Shown: in pieces, positions 19,589-29,722 of the stretch | Numbering within the stretch: the first letter of the stretch is position 1 | How the letters are laid out: each line of letters opens with the position of its first letter | Assembly (NCBI GenBank): GCA_965116925.1 | Contig: OZ220744.1 | Coordinates: 5,888,001-5,952,000 of the forward strand | Source of the DNA: Candidatus Poribacteria bacterium | Lineage (GTDB): Bacteria > Poribacteria > WGA-4E > PCPOR2b | Length of the DNA stretch: 64,000 bases | Direction of reading: 5' to 3' | Notes under the pieces: model-generated | What the model was told of the DNA's origin: nothing | The model's database searches: none | What the model saw: only the letters and a program-made list of their open reading frames with translations | Made by a program: the position numbers and the translations under genes

Positions 19589-20674
19589 CTATTGCTGCTC
19601 GTATTCAAATGGGAACGTCACCGGCTCACCATCGTTCGCCCACGATGTCGCCATCGCCACGTCAATTTCCCGGTCCTTACGACCGTTGTAAGCCCCATAT
19701 TCGGGCTCGGTGTCGTTGCGAACAGCGTTTGCGATACTCATCAGTTCTGACGCGACAGGAATTTCGCCATCACTGAGCGGGTAATTTTGCAACGGATTCT
19801 CCCACACCACTTCCGGCGTTGTATCCGCCACGAGTGCGGCGACGGTCTCAAACCCATTAACATCGTTGGTTTTGCGCGTGATTGTGATTTCGCGTTGCTC
19901 ATCGGTAGTGTCGCTCAGAATGACCGCTTCATCGCGGAAGCACATCCCGCGTTCAGCGTAGAACTTCGTGCCGTTGAAACCGCGAAGCGGCGAACCGTAA
20001 GACAAGCTGCTGAAATTGAATACCCCGACCGCGCCATCGGCAAATTCGATGATGCCGTGCTGCCATTCTTCTGAGTCGCGTGTCGGCTGACCTTGCCGCC
20101 AGATGTGTTCCTGCACGGTAAAACTCTTTCGGAACCCGAACACGCGCAGGGGTTCGTTATCAAATCCGACGTAACTGCGAATCAAGCCGATTCCGTGATA
20201 CCCGTGCCCGCGAAATTCGTTGTAGGCGACGTTGACTTTGCCGAATACCCCCGCCAGAATCATCTCGCGTTTAATCCGTTCCGAGGGCACACGATAATAG
20301 TTTTCGTTGACCTCAATCTTCGTTCCGTGCTGCTTTGCGGATTCGATCATTTTGTCCGACCAACCGAGGTCTGTGTCGATCGGCGTCTCGGTGCAGTAGC
20401 TTACCCCATGTTCAGAGCACAGCAGCCCCGGGATGTGATTGTTGCTCGGCGTAATTACGATGGAGCAGATATCTGGCTTCTCTTTTTCCAGCATCTCAGC
20501 GGTGTCTGTGTATGTGGCAATGTTATACTTTTCCCCCTGCTCTTTGACGGAATCTTCGTGTAGATCGCAAACGGCAACGAGTTCAAGGTCGTCCTTCAAC
20601 TTCGCAATGAGCGGCAGGTACGCGCCCGTTCCACGATTCCCTGTGCCGATATGTGCAATTTTGAGCTTGTCCAT
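19589..20674 (-). CDS. Gfo/Idh/MocA family oxidoreductase
   Basis: KIAHIGTGNRG Rossmann start, LVAVCD and ETP motifs; RBS GGAGG. Confidence 0.88.
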   Translation of the reverse strand: MDKLKIAHIGTGNRGTGAYLPLIAKLKDDLELVAVCDLHEDSVKEQGEKYNIATYTDTAEMLEKEKPDICSIVITPSNNHIPGLLCSEHGVSYCTETPIDTDLGWSDKMIESAKQHGTKIEVNENYYRVPSERIKREMILAGVFGKVNVAYNEFRGHGYHGIGLIRSYVGFDNEPLRVFGFRKSFTVQEHIWRQGQPTRDSEEWQHGIIEFADGAVGVFNFSSLSYGSPLRGFNGTKFYAERGMCFRDEAVILSDTTDEQREITITRKTNDVNGFETVAALVADTTPEVVWENPLQNYPLSDGEIPVASELMSIANAVRNDTEPEYGAYNGRKDREIDVAMATSWANDGEPVTFPFEYEQQ

Positions 20675-21138
20675 TGATTCGCCTCCTCTGGCAATTGAAG
20701 ATTGCAGGTTGTTTTCACCGGTTTTTCTCCGCTGCGAAAGGCAACTCAACACCCCAATCTAACTTCAAACGCATTATAGCAAAAGGCTTTGCAGAAATCA
20801 AGTGTACCCGCGGATAACTAACAATCAGCCGCACTCACCAAAATTAAAGCCGAGCGAAAACACCAACAAACAAGCGGTTCAAGAAATAATTCCAAACAAT
20901 CCAGAAAGGACATTAACAGCGCGGAGTTGATAGTAGCCGTTCTAAATAAAAAATGCTACAATGCTTAAAGATTTGAAGAATTAATTGCTTGCAGGGGTTA
21001 TTCTTAATTGGAGTCTTTCTGATCTATAGAGGGTGACATCTCTGGGAAATTCGCCAACTTCATCCTGCACCACCAAAAGAAATCAATGTTGAGCTGAATC
21101 GTTCGTTTCTTTACACCATTTCTTAATAGGAAGGAAAA

Positions 21139-21861
21139 ATGATTAAAGCAGTATTTTTTGACCTTGACGATACGCTCTGTGATTCAGATACAGCTTGGCG
21201 TATCGCGGTAAGAGAAACATTCCAGCTTTTATGTAAGCGTGTGCCGGGTGTTTCGGAAGAGGCTTTTACAAAAGCATGGACCAAAGTTCATCAGAAACTC
21301 TTTCAGCAACTCGATATGGGGAAACGTTCCATGGCAGAGGTGAGAGATTTACGTTTCCAGTGCACATTCAAAGAATTAGACCTGCCGACAAGTAAAATTA
21401 CAGAAGAACTCAACGACTTTTTGAGTGCGCGCTACATTGCAAGTCTGCACCTTTACGAAGATGTCGCAGTGCTTGAAGAATTGCAGGCATATCATATCGG
21501 CATCATCACAAACGGCGCACACGATAAACATACAGACAGCCAACTCTCCAAAGTAAAACACTTGGGGCTCACTGACCGTATTCAGTCGCTTACAATTTCG
21601 GACGAAGTCGGTGTTAGAAAACCGAACATTGACATCTTCAAGGCAGCTTGCGAACGTGCTGGTGTTTTACCAACAGAGGCCATGTTTGTTGGCGATTCCA
21701 TTGAAAATGACATCGTTGGTGCCAACCGTGCAGGTATAACGAGTGTTCTCATTGACCGAAAATCAGATACTTTAATACCGGAGATTGCGGAGGGACGACC
21801 AGATTACTCAGTCTCAAACCTGTATGACGTTCTGTCCTACTTGGAGAACAAACGGGAATAG
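21139..21861 (+). CDS. HAD superfamily hydrolase
   Basis: FFDLDDTL, ITNG, KP and VGDSIEND motifs. Confidence 0.92.
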   Translation: MIKAVFFDLDDTLCDSDTAWRIAVRETFQLLCKRVPGVSEEAFTKAWTKVHQKLFQQLDMGKRSMAEVRDLRFQCTFKELDLPTSKITEELNDFLSARYIASLHLYEDVAVLEELQAYHIGIITNGAHDKHTDSQLSKVKHLGLTDRIQSLTISDEVGVRKPNIDIFKAACERAGVLPTEAMFVGDSIENDIVGANRAGITSVLIDRKSDTLIPEIAEGRPDYSVSNLYDVLSYLENKRE

Positions 21862-21938
21862 AATTACAACGGTTGATACGCATTGTTGCTGCGTCTCTTT
21901 CACACCTTAGCTCTATTCTCCTGATATGGAGGCACACG

Positions 21939-22808
21939 ATGATTAACACCAAGCTAAAAGACAAAGTCGCTCTGATTACGGGTGCCAATCATGGCATCGG
22001 TGCCGCAACCGCTCTGGCTCTAGGCAATCAAGGCGTAAAGGTGTTTGCATCATTTTTTCGCCCACCGCCTCAATACAGTGAAACAGAATTGAAGCAAGCT
22101 GAAGAGACTGGATTGGGTGGAGATGCCTTCTACCGAGCAATGCAACAAAAGCCTATTGAGCACCTCGTAAATCAGTTTGAGGAAGGGGGCATGAAAATAT
22201 CCGTTTTAGAAGCCGACCTTGCTGATGAAACGAACATCCCGAAACTTTTCGATGCCTGCGAGAAAGAACTGGGACCCGTTGATATCTTGATTAACAATCA
22301 CACCCACTGCGTCTTGGAAACATTCGATCCTGAGCAAACTTCAAAAGACGGGAGAGGTATTTTTCTACCTACCACCTCAAGCATCGACACACATTTTGCT
22401 ATTAATTCGCGAGCGTATGTATTGATGATGCAGGCGTACTTGCAGCAATACCTTGAAAACGGTCTGAGCTGGGGACGCATTGTAAATACCAGTACGGATG
22501 CCGCACACTGCCATCCGCTGAACATCAGCTACGCCGCCAGCAAACACGCAATCGAATCCTATAGCCGCTCTGCTGCGTGTGAGATGGGAAAATACGGGAT
22601 AACTGTGAATGTAATTGCCCCCGGACCGATTCAGACGGGCTACATCACCCCTGAAGCTGAGAAAGAGATTGCAGAATCTACACCGTTAGGCAGGGTTGGT
22701 AAACCTGAAGATGTGGCGGAGGTCACTGTTTTTCTCTGTTCTGAGCAAGCCCGTTGGCTCACAGGACAACTACTCTATGTTGGAGGCGGCTATCGAATGC
22801 CTCAATAG
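21939..22808 (+). CDS. SDR family oxidoreductase
   Basis: TGANHGIG, YAASK and PGPIQT motifs. Confidence 0.92.
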   Translation: MINTKLKDKVALITGANHGIGAATALALGNQGVKVFASFFRPPPQYSETELKQAEETGLGGDAFYRAMQQKPIEHLVNQFEEGGMKISVLEADLADETNIPKLFDACEKELGPVDILINNHTHCVLETFDPEQTSKDGRGIFLPTTSSIDTHFAINSRAYVLMMQAYLQQYLENGLSWGRIVNTSTDAAHCHPLNISYAASKHAIESYSRSAACEMGKYGITVNVIAPGPIQTGYITPEAEKEIAESTPLGRVGKPEDVAEVTVFLCSEQARWLTGQLLYVGGGYRMPQ

Positions 22809-22874
22809 ATAAATAGCGTTCGGTAGTTTGAAAGCCTTAACCGATATGTTGATACTTGGAAGGTAAAATTATCT

Positions 22875-23672
22875 ATGAGTAAAATTCATGAAGCCAATCG
22901 TCGGCACTGGAATAATCAGGCGACAACATGGGAGGAACGCCTAAACCGTGATGGGCGTTGGCGCAGGTGCCATAAAGAGCCTGAATTGGCATTTGAAGGC
23001 GAAACGCTTTCTACGATCCGAGAGATGGTAGGCGATCTTCACGACAAGCAGGTGTGTATCATTGGTAGCGGTGATAACATGGCAGCCTATGCGCTTTCAG
23101 GATTAGGGGCAGTGGTGACTTCCACAGATATTTCAGAGGAACGATTGAAGCTAGCAGCAAGTCGTGCAGAGACCCTCGGTGTGTCGATTGAATTTGTCCG
23201 TTCCGATGCCGCCGATCTCGGATTCGCAGACGATTCGACCTTCGATCTTGTCTGCTCCACAAACGGCTTCTTCGTGTGGATTGCGGATCTCGGCGCGGTC
23301 TTCCGTGAGGTTTCGAGAATCCTGAAGCCGGGAGGTGCATACGTTTTCTACGACATTCACCCGTTCATGCGTCCCTGGAAAGAACAGATAACGCCTATTG
23401 AAATGGAGAAATCTTATTGGGACACCGGACCATTTCGGGAGTCAGTGGATGGATCATACGAGTTTAACTGGACCTTAGCGGATCTGCTTAATCCGTTGGC
23501 ACAAGCTGGATTGATGTTGAAAAAAGTCCTCGAAAGTCCAGCGCAGGATCCCGGATTTTGGCGGGGCGGTGGTGATACCACTGACATTGACGAATCGTTA
23601 TTTGATTGGAGGCGGAATCCCCGTGCTGGATTGCCTGTTTGGCTAACAGTCGCTGCATCCAAAATGGATTGA
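22875..23672 (+). CDS. Class I SAM-dependent methyltransferase
   Basis: IIGSGD motif I variant, TDIS, FDLV and RILKPGG. Confidence 0.88.
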   Translation: MSKIHEANRRHWNNQATTWEERLNRDGRWRRCHKEPELAFEGETLSTIREMVGDLHDKQVCIIGSGDNMAAYALSGLGAVVTSTDISEERLKLAASRAETLGVSIEFVRSDAADLGFADDSTFDLVCSTNGFFVWIADLGAVFREVSRILKPGGAYVFYDIHPFMRPWKEQITPIEMEKSYWDTGPFRESVDGSYEFNWTLADLLNPLAQAGLMLKKVLESPAQDPGFWRGGGDTTDIDESLFDWRRNPRAGLPVWLTVAASKMD

Positions 23673-23720
23673 GGTACGACTAGAACACAATCGGATTACT
23701 TTGCGAAAGGAATCCACACA

Positions 23721-24233
23721 ATGGTAGAAATACGGGAGGAACGACAAGGAGAGTGTCAGGAAATTCGTCAGGTTATCGTCGCTGCATTCGGTGGTGACAC
23801 TGAAGCCAATGCCGTTGAATTGCTTCGAGACAGAAACAAAGCACCGGTCGCACTCGTGGCAGTCAGTGACAATAAAATTGTTGGTCATATCATGTTTTCA
23901 CCGGTGACGATAACATTCGCTCACACAACGCTCCGTGCTATTGGACTAGCACCCCTATCCATCCTACCAAAGTTCCAAAGGCAGGGTATTGGCTCCATGT
24001 TGGTGCGTGAAGGGCTAAAAAAATGTGCGGCGGCTGGATTTGAGATAGCGGTCGTGTTGGGAAGTCCCTATTACTACCCACGATTCGGTTTCTCCCGTGC
24101 CAGCCTTTACGGCTTGGGAAACGAATATAACGCTGACGAACATTTCATGACAATGGAATTGAAGGACGGTGCTCTTGATAAAGTCAGTGGCACCGTGCGG
24201 TATTCGTCAGAATTCAAGGAGTGTGGTTGTTGA
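23721..24233 (+). CDS. GNAT N-acetyltransferase (YhbS-like)
   Basis: GLAPLSILPKFQRQGIGS and VLGSPYYYPRFGF motifs. Confidence 0.9.
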   Translation: MVEIREERQGECQEIRQVIVAAFGGDTEANAVELLRDRNKAPVALVAVSDNKIVGHIMFSPVTITFAHTTLRAIGLAPLSILPKFQRQGIGSMLVREGLKKCAAAGFEIAVVLGSPYYYPRFGFSRASLYGLGNEYNADEHFMTMELKDGALDKVSGTVRYSSEFKECGC

Positions 24234-24389
24234 GAAATTCATTTCAATAAAGAAGGGCGGCATGAGTCATCCAAATACTCTGCGAACAAGCATTGGCAGC
24301 CAACTCTCGAGTTCTATCGCGAACTTGGCTTTGAAGTGTGGTCCTTTTCTTTATTTCTCGATGAAACGCTGACATTCGCTTAACAAAAG

Positions 24390-24600
24390 TTGACATACTC
24401 CAAAGCTGAAGCATTGGGATTCTTATTAGAGAACCCTATTTTAGAATTGTGCTGCCAATGGTGAATTCTGGTTTTACTCCGGTCCTAGTTCACTTATCGC
24501 AAACCGGCGATCTCCGCTGCCCTGGTTCCTTCGGCAACCCGCTTCACGAGTTCGGTAACTTGAAAACGTCGGGTTGCTATAAAGCCGGCGGTCCGTTACC
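24390..24600 (-). mobile_element. IS200/IS605-type right-end remnant, non-coding
   Basis: Minus strand ends GAATCCCAATGCTTCAGCTTTGGAGTATGTCAA, similar to the tnpB right-end hairpin/TCAA terminus; left boundary uncertain. Confidence 0.5.
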
Positions 24601-24619
24601 TGAAACGGATTTAATAATA

Positions 24620-25236
24620 ATGCAAGTTGCTAGTTGAATATCCATGGGATTTCCGTTAGAGTATTTGCGTTCTAAACAACACTCTTAAAACAGGAGAATT
24701 CCATGGACTTAGTAATCGTAGCATTTTATGCGCTTTGTGACGATCTCTTAATTCAACACCGATACCAAGGTGAAGCGTGGCGAGGACATATAGCTAGTAA
24801 CCGCAGATATTTCTATGGACTTAAACTGCATCTGATGGTCACTGAAGATGGCGTGCCGGTTGAGTTCTTCTTAACACCGAGCAGTTTTGGTGATGTTTTA
24901 GGGTTGCGGTGTTATCCGTTTGACTTACCTCAAGGGGCGGCCGTTTATGCAGATAGAGCCTACTGCAATTATGGGATTGAAGATGCGTTAGCTGAAGCCG
25001 GTATTACGCTCAAGCCGTTGCGAAAAAAGAACAGCAAACGCCAATATGACACGTGTAAGGTTTATCTCCACCATCACCGCAGGAAGCCTGTAGAGGAACA
25101 AATAGTCTCATCACCCAACGCCTACCCCGGTCAATTCACGCGGTCACTGCCGCTGGGTTTGAGATGAAAGTCGTTTTGTTTCTCATCGTTACTATGATTA
25201 CACGCATCATTACATAAAAACACTAGCAACTTGCGT
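24620..25236 (+). mobile_element. IS982-family element, internally deleted
   Basis: IRs ATGCAAGTTGCTAGT and ACTAGCAACTTGCGT; transposase remnant inside. Confidence 0.8.
24703..25167 (+). pseudogene. IS982 transposase pseudogene
   Basis: RYFYGLKLHL, YADRAY and PLRKKNSKR motifs; N-terminus fused to the catalytic part by a deletion; frameshift near 25095. Confidence 0.85.
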
Positions 25237-25310
25237 TATAATAAGCTGACTTTGAAAAAAACAACTGCGGGAAGACATGGAGGGTTGTGCGACCTAGGGA
25301 AGGACCAGCC

Positions 25311-25895
25311 GTGAAAGTCAAAGGAAAAATCCCTCAAGATAACAGAGCCCATAGCTACTGCCCCAAGTGCTGGAGCGAAAATATTCAACCTTATGCGGTT
25401 GAAGGCAGAGAATATTATCGATGTGGGGGTTGCGGGTATGATGACAGCCGCCTCATCATGCTCTACCCGCAAATGCGTTATCGCATTTTGCCCGACGGAG
25501 AGCTGTTGCATTATTCCGTCGGTGCGGTCATCGAATGGGAGGGGAAGATTCTCTTATTCCACCGAAGGTTGTTCCCATTTTGCTATACAATCGTTGCCGG
25601 GCATTGGGATTTGGACGATGAGACTCCGGAAGTTGCCGTTGCTCGCGAGATCGAAGAAGAAGCGGGAATTGAGGTTAGTCCTGAAAAGCCGGTATTTGTG
25701 GAAACGCTTGAAGAACCGTGTCGTCGCGGTGCGGATTTTCACGAATGGCGACTGTACCGGGCGACGGTAGATCAGAATACAGCGACGCTATCCGACGAAG
25801 CGGATATCATCGGGTGGTACGCTCCTGATGAGATAAGGGGACTTGATTTAACAATTCCGACCGAATATTTTCTAAAAAAGCTAGGGATTATCTGA
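25311..25895 (+). CDS. NUDIX hydrolase with N-terminal zinc ribbon
   Basis: CPKC...CGGC, and Nudix box AGH...ETPEVAVAREIEEEAG; GTG start is inferred. Confidence 0.85.
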   Translation: MKVKGKIPQDNRAHSYCPKCWSENIQPYAVEGREYYRCGGCGYDDSRLIMLYPQMRYRILPDGELLHYSVGAVIEWEGKILLFHRRLFPFCYTIVAGHWDLDDETPEVAVAREIEEEAGIEVSPEKPVFVETLEEPCRRGADFHEWRLYRATVDQNTATLSDEADIIGWYAPDEIRGLDLTIPTEYFLKKLGII

Positions 25896-25908
25896 TGAGG
25901 TGTGTTTG

Positions 25909-26631
25909 TCAAAGTTCACCGATACAGAACACGGTGTTCTTCGCTTCCAAACTCCGAATTTCGGAATAGTGATAGACTTGAGCAACTTCTGTCCCATCTT
26001 CAATAATCGGAGTTGGTTTCTCGATAACAAAATCAGCGAAGTGCGGGGCGTTGAACGCAACGTAAGCGAGACTGAACGTCTCAATCTGCGGATCGTATCG
26101 CTTTGACAGGTCTGGAAATAGGATTATCCCTGTATCGACTTGGTAGATGTCTGCTTGTTCATCTATATTCATCGTTTTAACTGGACATTCAATAATTGCC
26201 CGCTGAGATGTATTGGCATCCCATATTTCTGTGTGCGTTACGATTGGCAGGCTCTTTCGCGTGGCTTCAAAAATAGCTGCGTTGCTATCGAGGACCTGTA
26301 CCGGCGACGCCTCTTGGATATCAAACAGGGGTCCTCCCCACCATTCCTTCGCCGGTCTATACTCGGCGTAGTTATCGTTGCGGTAGGCATGTCGTCTGAA
26401 TACCGCCGAGTGTGCTTCTCCAAAAACCGGGAGAAAATCGTAGTTTGGGTTTACGAAAAGATCCCTCTTCGCGAAGGTATGTTCACTCTTACACGAACCA
26501 CACTGATAATAGTCGTTGAAACTTCCATCTGTGTCGTCTATCAAGCGGCATCGAGATTCGACCCAAAATCGGGGTGCATTTCCATTGCCGACAGAATTGA
26601 TAAAAGAGAGTCCATAGTCAAGGCAATTCAT
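25909..26631 (-). CDS. Hypothetical protein
   Basis: 240-aa ORF with RBS AAGGA; contains RFWVES and CGSCKSEHTF; no family recognised. Confidence 0.75.
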   Translation of the reverse strand: MNCLDYGLSFINSVGNGNAPRFWVESRCRLIDDTDGSFNDYYQCGSCKSEHTFAKRDLFVNPNYDFLPVFGEAHSAVFRRHAYRNDNYAEYRPAKEWWGGPLFDIQEASPVQVLDSNAAIFEATRKSLPIVTHTEIWDANTSQRAIIECPVKTMNIDEQADIYQVDTGIILFPDLSKRYDPQIETFSLAYVAFNAPHFADFVIEKPTPIIEDGTEVAQVYHYSEIRSLEAKNTVFCIGEL

Positions 26632-26797
26632 TGGTATTTCCTTTCGGTGCCGTTGGGATATAAGAGTATCTTTTCACTGCATCAACTACCATTTCACAGG
26701 CACCGAGCATCTCAACGTCATCTTCCAGACGATTTACGCTTGGACAGTGTGCGCCTTGGCTGTGTCCTCCTGCACCGATAAATCCTGCTTTGAGCAT
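26620..26797 (-). pseudogene. Truncated Gfo/Idh/MocA N-terminus
   Basis: MLKAGFIGAGGHSQGAHCPSVNRLEDDVEMLGACE..., stops after about 59 aa. Confidence 0.55.
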
Positions 26798-27146
26798 TGT
26801 GACCTTTCTTCTTCGTCTTAATGTTCGCTAAATTTCGTAGGTCAGAGTATCCGTACTTTAGCACAAGACTGAATTGATTGCAAGAAATTTTTCGGATATC
26901 GGAGAGCCTTGCGAAAATTTGGAAAGGCTCAGGGACGGTTATAAATCGAAAAGTTTGATTCTCTCAATCTTTTATGATATTCTTGGTACCATATTAATTT
27001 TCAAGCAATTAAAGCATTTCTCTGTTTACAGAGAAGTCCGAATTTACATTGGGATATGTCGTTGGATGATATGCCGGTACGTTTGAAGGTGCAAGGCGTT
27101 TTGTATCTGGTGGATACGCCAGAAATAGGGTAAGGAGAGTCGCCTC

Positions 27147-28436
27147 ATGACAGATTTATTGGCAGCACGCGCACAGATGGCGATGTCGCTCGCATTTCAC
27201 ATTATTTTTGCGGTGATCGGTATAGCGATGCCGCTGCTAATGGTGATTGCGGAAGGGCTATGGCTCAAAACGCGAGAAGAGGTTTACCTGACGCTTGCGA
27301 AACGGTGGGCAAAAGGGACTGCAATTATGTTTGCTGTCGGCGCGGTCTCTGGCACCGTTTTGTCTTTTGAACTCGGTTTGTTGTGGCCCAATTTTATGGC
27401 TTACGCTGGTCCGATCATCGGCATGCCGTTTTCATTGGAAGGGTTTGCATTCTTCCTGGAAGCGATCTTCTTAGGGCTTTACCTCTATGGCTGGGACCGC
27501 ATTCCAAAATATGCCCACTGGTTTGCTGGGATGATGGTGCTGCTCGGCGGCACCTTGTCCGGTATTTTTGTTGTCACCGCGAATGCATGGATGAACACGC
27601 CTACCGGATTCTCTATTGTCAATGGAGAGGTGACGGATGTCGATCCGATTGCGGCAATGTTGAATCCCTCCTCGTTTAGCCAAACACTTCACATGACTAT
27701 CGCTGCTTTTCTGACAGTCGGATTTGCGGTGGCGGGCATTCACGCCTATTTTCTGCGACGTGATCCCGACAACCTGTTCCATCGCCGTGCGTTTGCGATT
27801 GCCTTGAGTGTTGGTGGTGTGTTCGCACTCCTGCAACCGATTTCGGGTGACATCAGTGCCAAGAAGCTTGCGAAACACCAACCTATCAAGCTTGCGGCGA
27901 TGGAGGCGCAGTGGGAGACCGAACGCGGGGCACCTTTACGTATCGGTGGTATTCCTAACGAGGACACTGAAGAGACTCGATATGCGCTTGAAATTCCGAA
28001 GGCACTTAGTTTTCTTGCGTACTCTGACTTCAACGCTGAGGTTATGGGGCTTAAGGCGGTGCCACCGGAAGACCGTCCGCCTGTGGCGATTGTGCATTTC
28101 GCATTTCAAATTATGGTAGCGTGCGGGATAGTGCTGATTGCTGCTGGTGTTATCGGTGGTTGGCTCGCGTGGAAACATAAAAGACTACCGGATCAACGTT
28201 GGTATCTTCGGTTCGTTACATTCTGTACACCGCTTGGGTTTATCGCGATTGAGGCAGGTTGGACAGTCACAGAGGTTGGACGGCAACCGTGGATTATTTA
28301 TAATTACATGCGAACCGCTGAGGCGGTAACCTCAATGCCGAACCTCGTTGTTCCCTTTCTCGGTTTTACGGTACTTTATATTTTCCTCTCTATTATCGTT
28401 GTTATCCTATTACGTCGTCAGATATTTTTAAGCTAA
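27147..28436 (+). CDS. cydA: Cytochrome bd ubiquinol oxidase subunit I
   Basis: LAFHIIF, QPIKLAAME and GWTVTEVGRQPW motifs. Confidence 0.96.
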   Translation: MTDLLAARAQMAMSLAFHIIFAVIGIAMPLLMVIAEGLWLKTREEVYLTLAKRWAKGTAIMFAVGAVSGTVLSFELGLLWPNFMAYAGPIIGMPFSLEGFAFFLEAIFLGLYLYGWDRIPKYAHWFAGMMVLLGGTLSGIFVVTANAWMNTPTGFSIVNGEVTDVDPIAAMLNPSSFSQTLHMTIAAFLTVGFAVAGIHAYFLRRDPDNLFHRRAFAIALSVGGVFALLQPISGDISAKKLAKHQPIKLAAMEAQWETERGAPLRIGGIPNEDTEETRYALEIPKALSFLAYSDFNAEVMGLKAVPPEDRPPVAIVHFAFQIMVACGIVLIAAGVIGGWLAWKHKRLPDQRWYLRFVTFCTPLGFIAIEAGWTVTEVGRQPWIIYNYMRTAEAVTSMPNLVVPFLGFTVLYIFLSIIVVILLRRQIFLS

Positions 28437-28583
28437 CGCCAAGCGTTAAACACGATTGTTAGTTAAACAATATTTCTCGGATAAGTTCCGCAGGACTCCG
28501 ATGTTGCCCTGCTGCTTGCACTTCAATAGATTGTTGCGACGAACCTACTGCCAGGCACCCACCGATACGTCGAGAGAACTTTC

Positions 28584-29624
28584 ATGTTGAGTCTTGACTT
28601 CTGCATTGCATGTGTAATGCTTATTTCCCTGATTATCTATATGTTGACAGGTGGTGCTGATTTTGGCGGCGGCATCTGGGATCTGTTTGCAACAGGTCGC
28701 CGTGCGAACGCACAGCGCTCGCTTATCGCACACGCGATTGGACCCATCTGGGAAGCGAACCATGTCTGGTTGATTGTGATTGTCGTTCTACTTTTCGTGG
28801 CGTTTCCTTTTGCATTCGCTGCAATTAGCACAGCTTTACATATTCCATTGACATTTATGCTCATCGGTATTGTGCTTCGCGGCACGGCGTTTGTGTTTCG
28901 CACCTATGATGTTCAATCGGATGTAATACACCGCCGTTGGAGCCGAGTATTCGCTGTTGCAAGTGTTATTACGCCTGTGATGTTAGGGGTTACGTTGGGC
29001 GCGGTCGCGTCCGGCACGATACACGTTGACGTGGAGAGTGGACAGGTGGACACAGATTTCATCTCGGCATGGTTTGCGCCGTTTCCGTTTGCAATCGGGT
29101 TCTTTACCTTGACGCTTTGTGCGTTGCTTGCGGCGGTGTATCTCACCCTTGAGACTGAGGACACAGAATTGCAGGAAGATTTTCGGCGACGTGCTCTCAT
29201 CTCGGCAGTGAGTGTCGGTGCGATGGCAGGACTGAGTTTTATCTTGTCTGCGGAGGGTGCACCAGCAATTCGACGCGGACTCGGTAGCGCGTCTTGGTCG
29301 ATCCCGTTTCATATTTTAACGGGTGCGATGGCACTGTGGGCGATCTGGACAATTTGGAAGCGTCAATTTCGCCTCGCGCGTATCCTCGTTCCGATACATG
29401 TTACGCTCATCGTTTTCGGTTGGGGGCTGGCACAGTATCCGTATCTTGTCACACCGGACTTAACCTTTTCAAATACGGCTGCACCGGATACAGTGTTGCG
29501 TCCGTTGTTGATTGTACTGATTGCGGGGGGTGTGCTGTTGGTGCCTGCTTTCTGGTATCTGTACGCTGTGTTTAAGGGTGCAGCGCGGAAGGCGGAGCAA
29601 ACCAAAGAAGAGATTGGTCCTTAA
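28584..29624 (+). CDS. cydB: Cytochrome bd ubiquinol oxidase subunit II
   Basis: GGADFGGG and IGPIWEANHVWLI motifs; directly follows cydA. Confidence 0.95.
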   Translation: MLSLDFCIACVMLISLIIYMLTGGADFGGGIWDLFATGRRANAQRSLIAHAIGPIWEANHVWLIVIVVLLFVAFPFAFAAISTALHIPLTFMLIGIVLRGTAFVFRTYDVQSDVIHRRWSRVFAVASVITPVMLGVTLGAVASGTIHVDVESGQVDTDFISAWFAPFPFAIGFFTLTLCALLAAVYLTLETEDTELQEDFRRRALISAVSVGAMAGLSFILSAEGAPAIRRGLGSASWSIPFHILTGAMALWAIWTIWKRQFRLARILVPIHVTLIVFGWGLAQYPYLVTPDLTFSNTAAPDTVLRPLLIVLIAGGVLLVPAFWYLYAVFKGAARKAEQTKEEIGP

Positions 29625-29722
29625 CGTGAATGGGATGAAAACGCCATTCCGATTCCACTCGGCATCGGTTAAATAACCAAAGTTAAGAACTTAGGCAACT
29701 GACTCCGTTTGAATGTTGAACT

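Noticed and set aside
9609..25895. Integron cassette arrays
   Set aside because: No integrase and no recurring RYYYAAC...GTTRRRY attC sites were seen between the genes.
26140..26781. 213-aa plus-strand ORF (also 31393-32103)
   Set aside because: These are antisense shadows of better-supported minus-strand genes.
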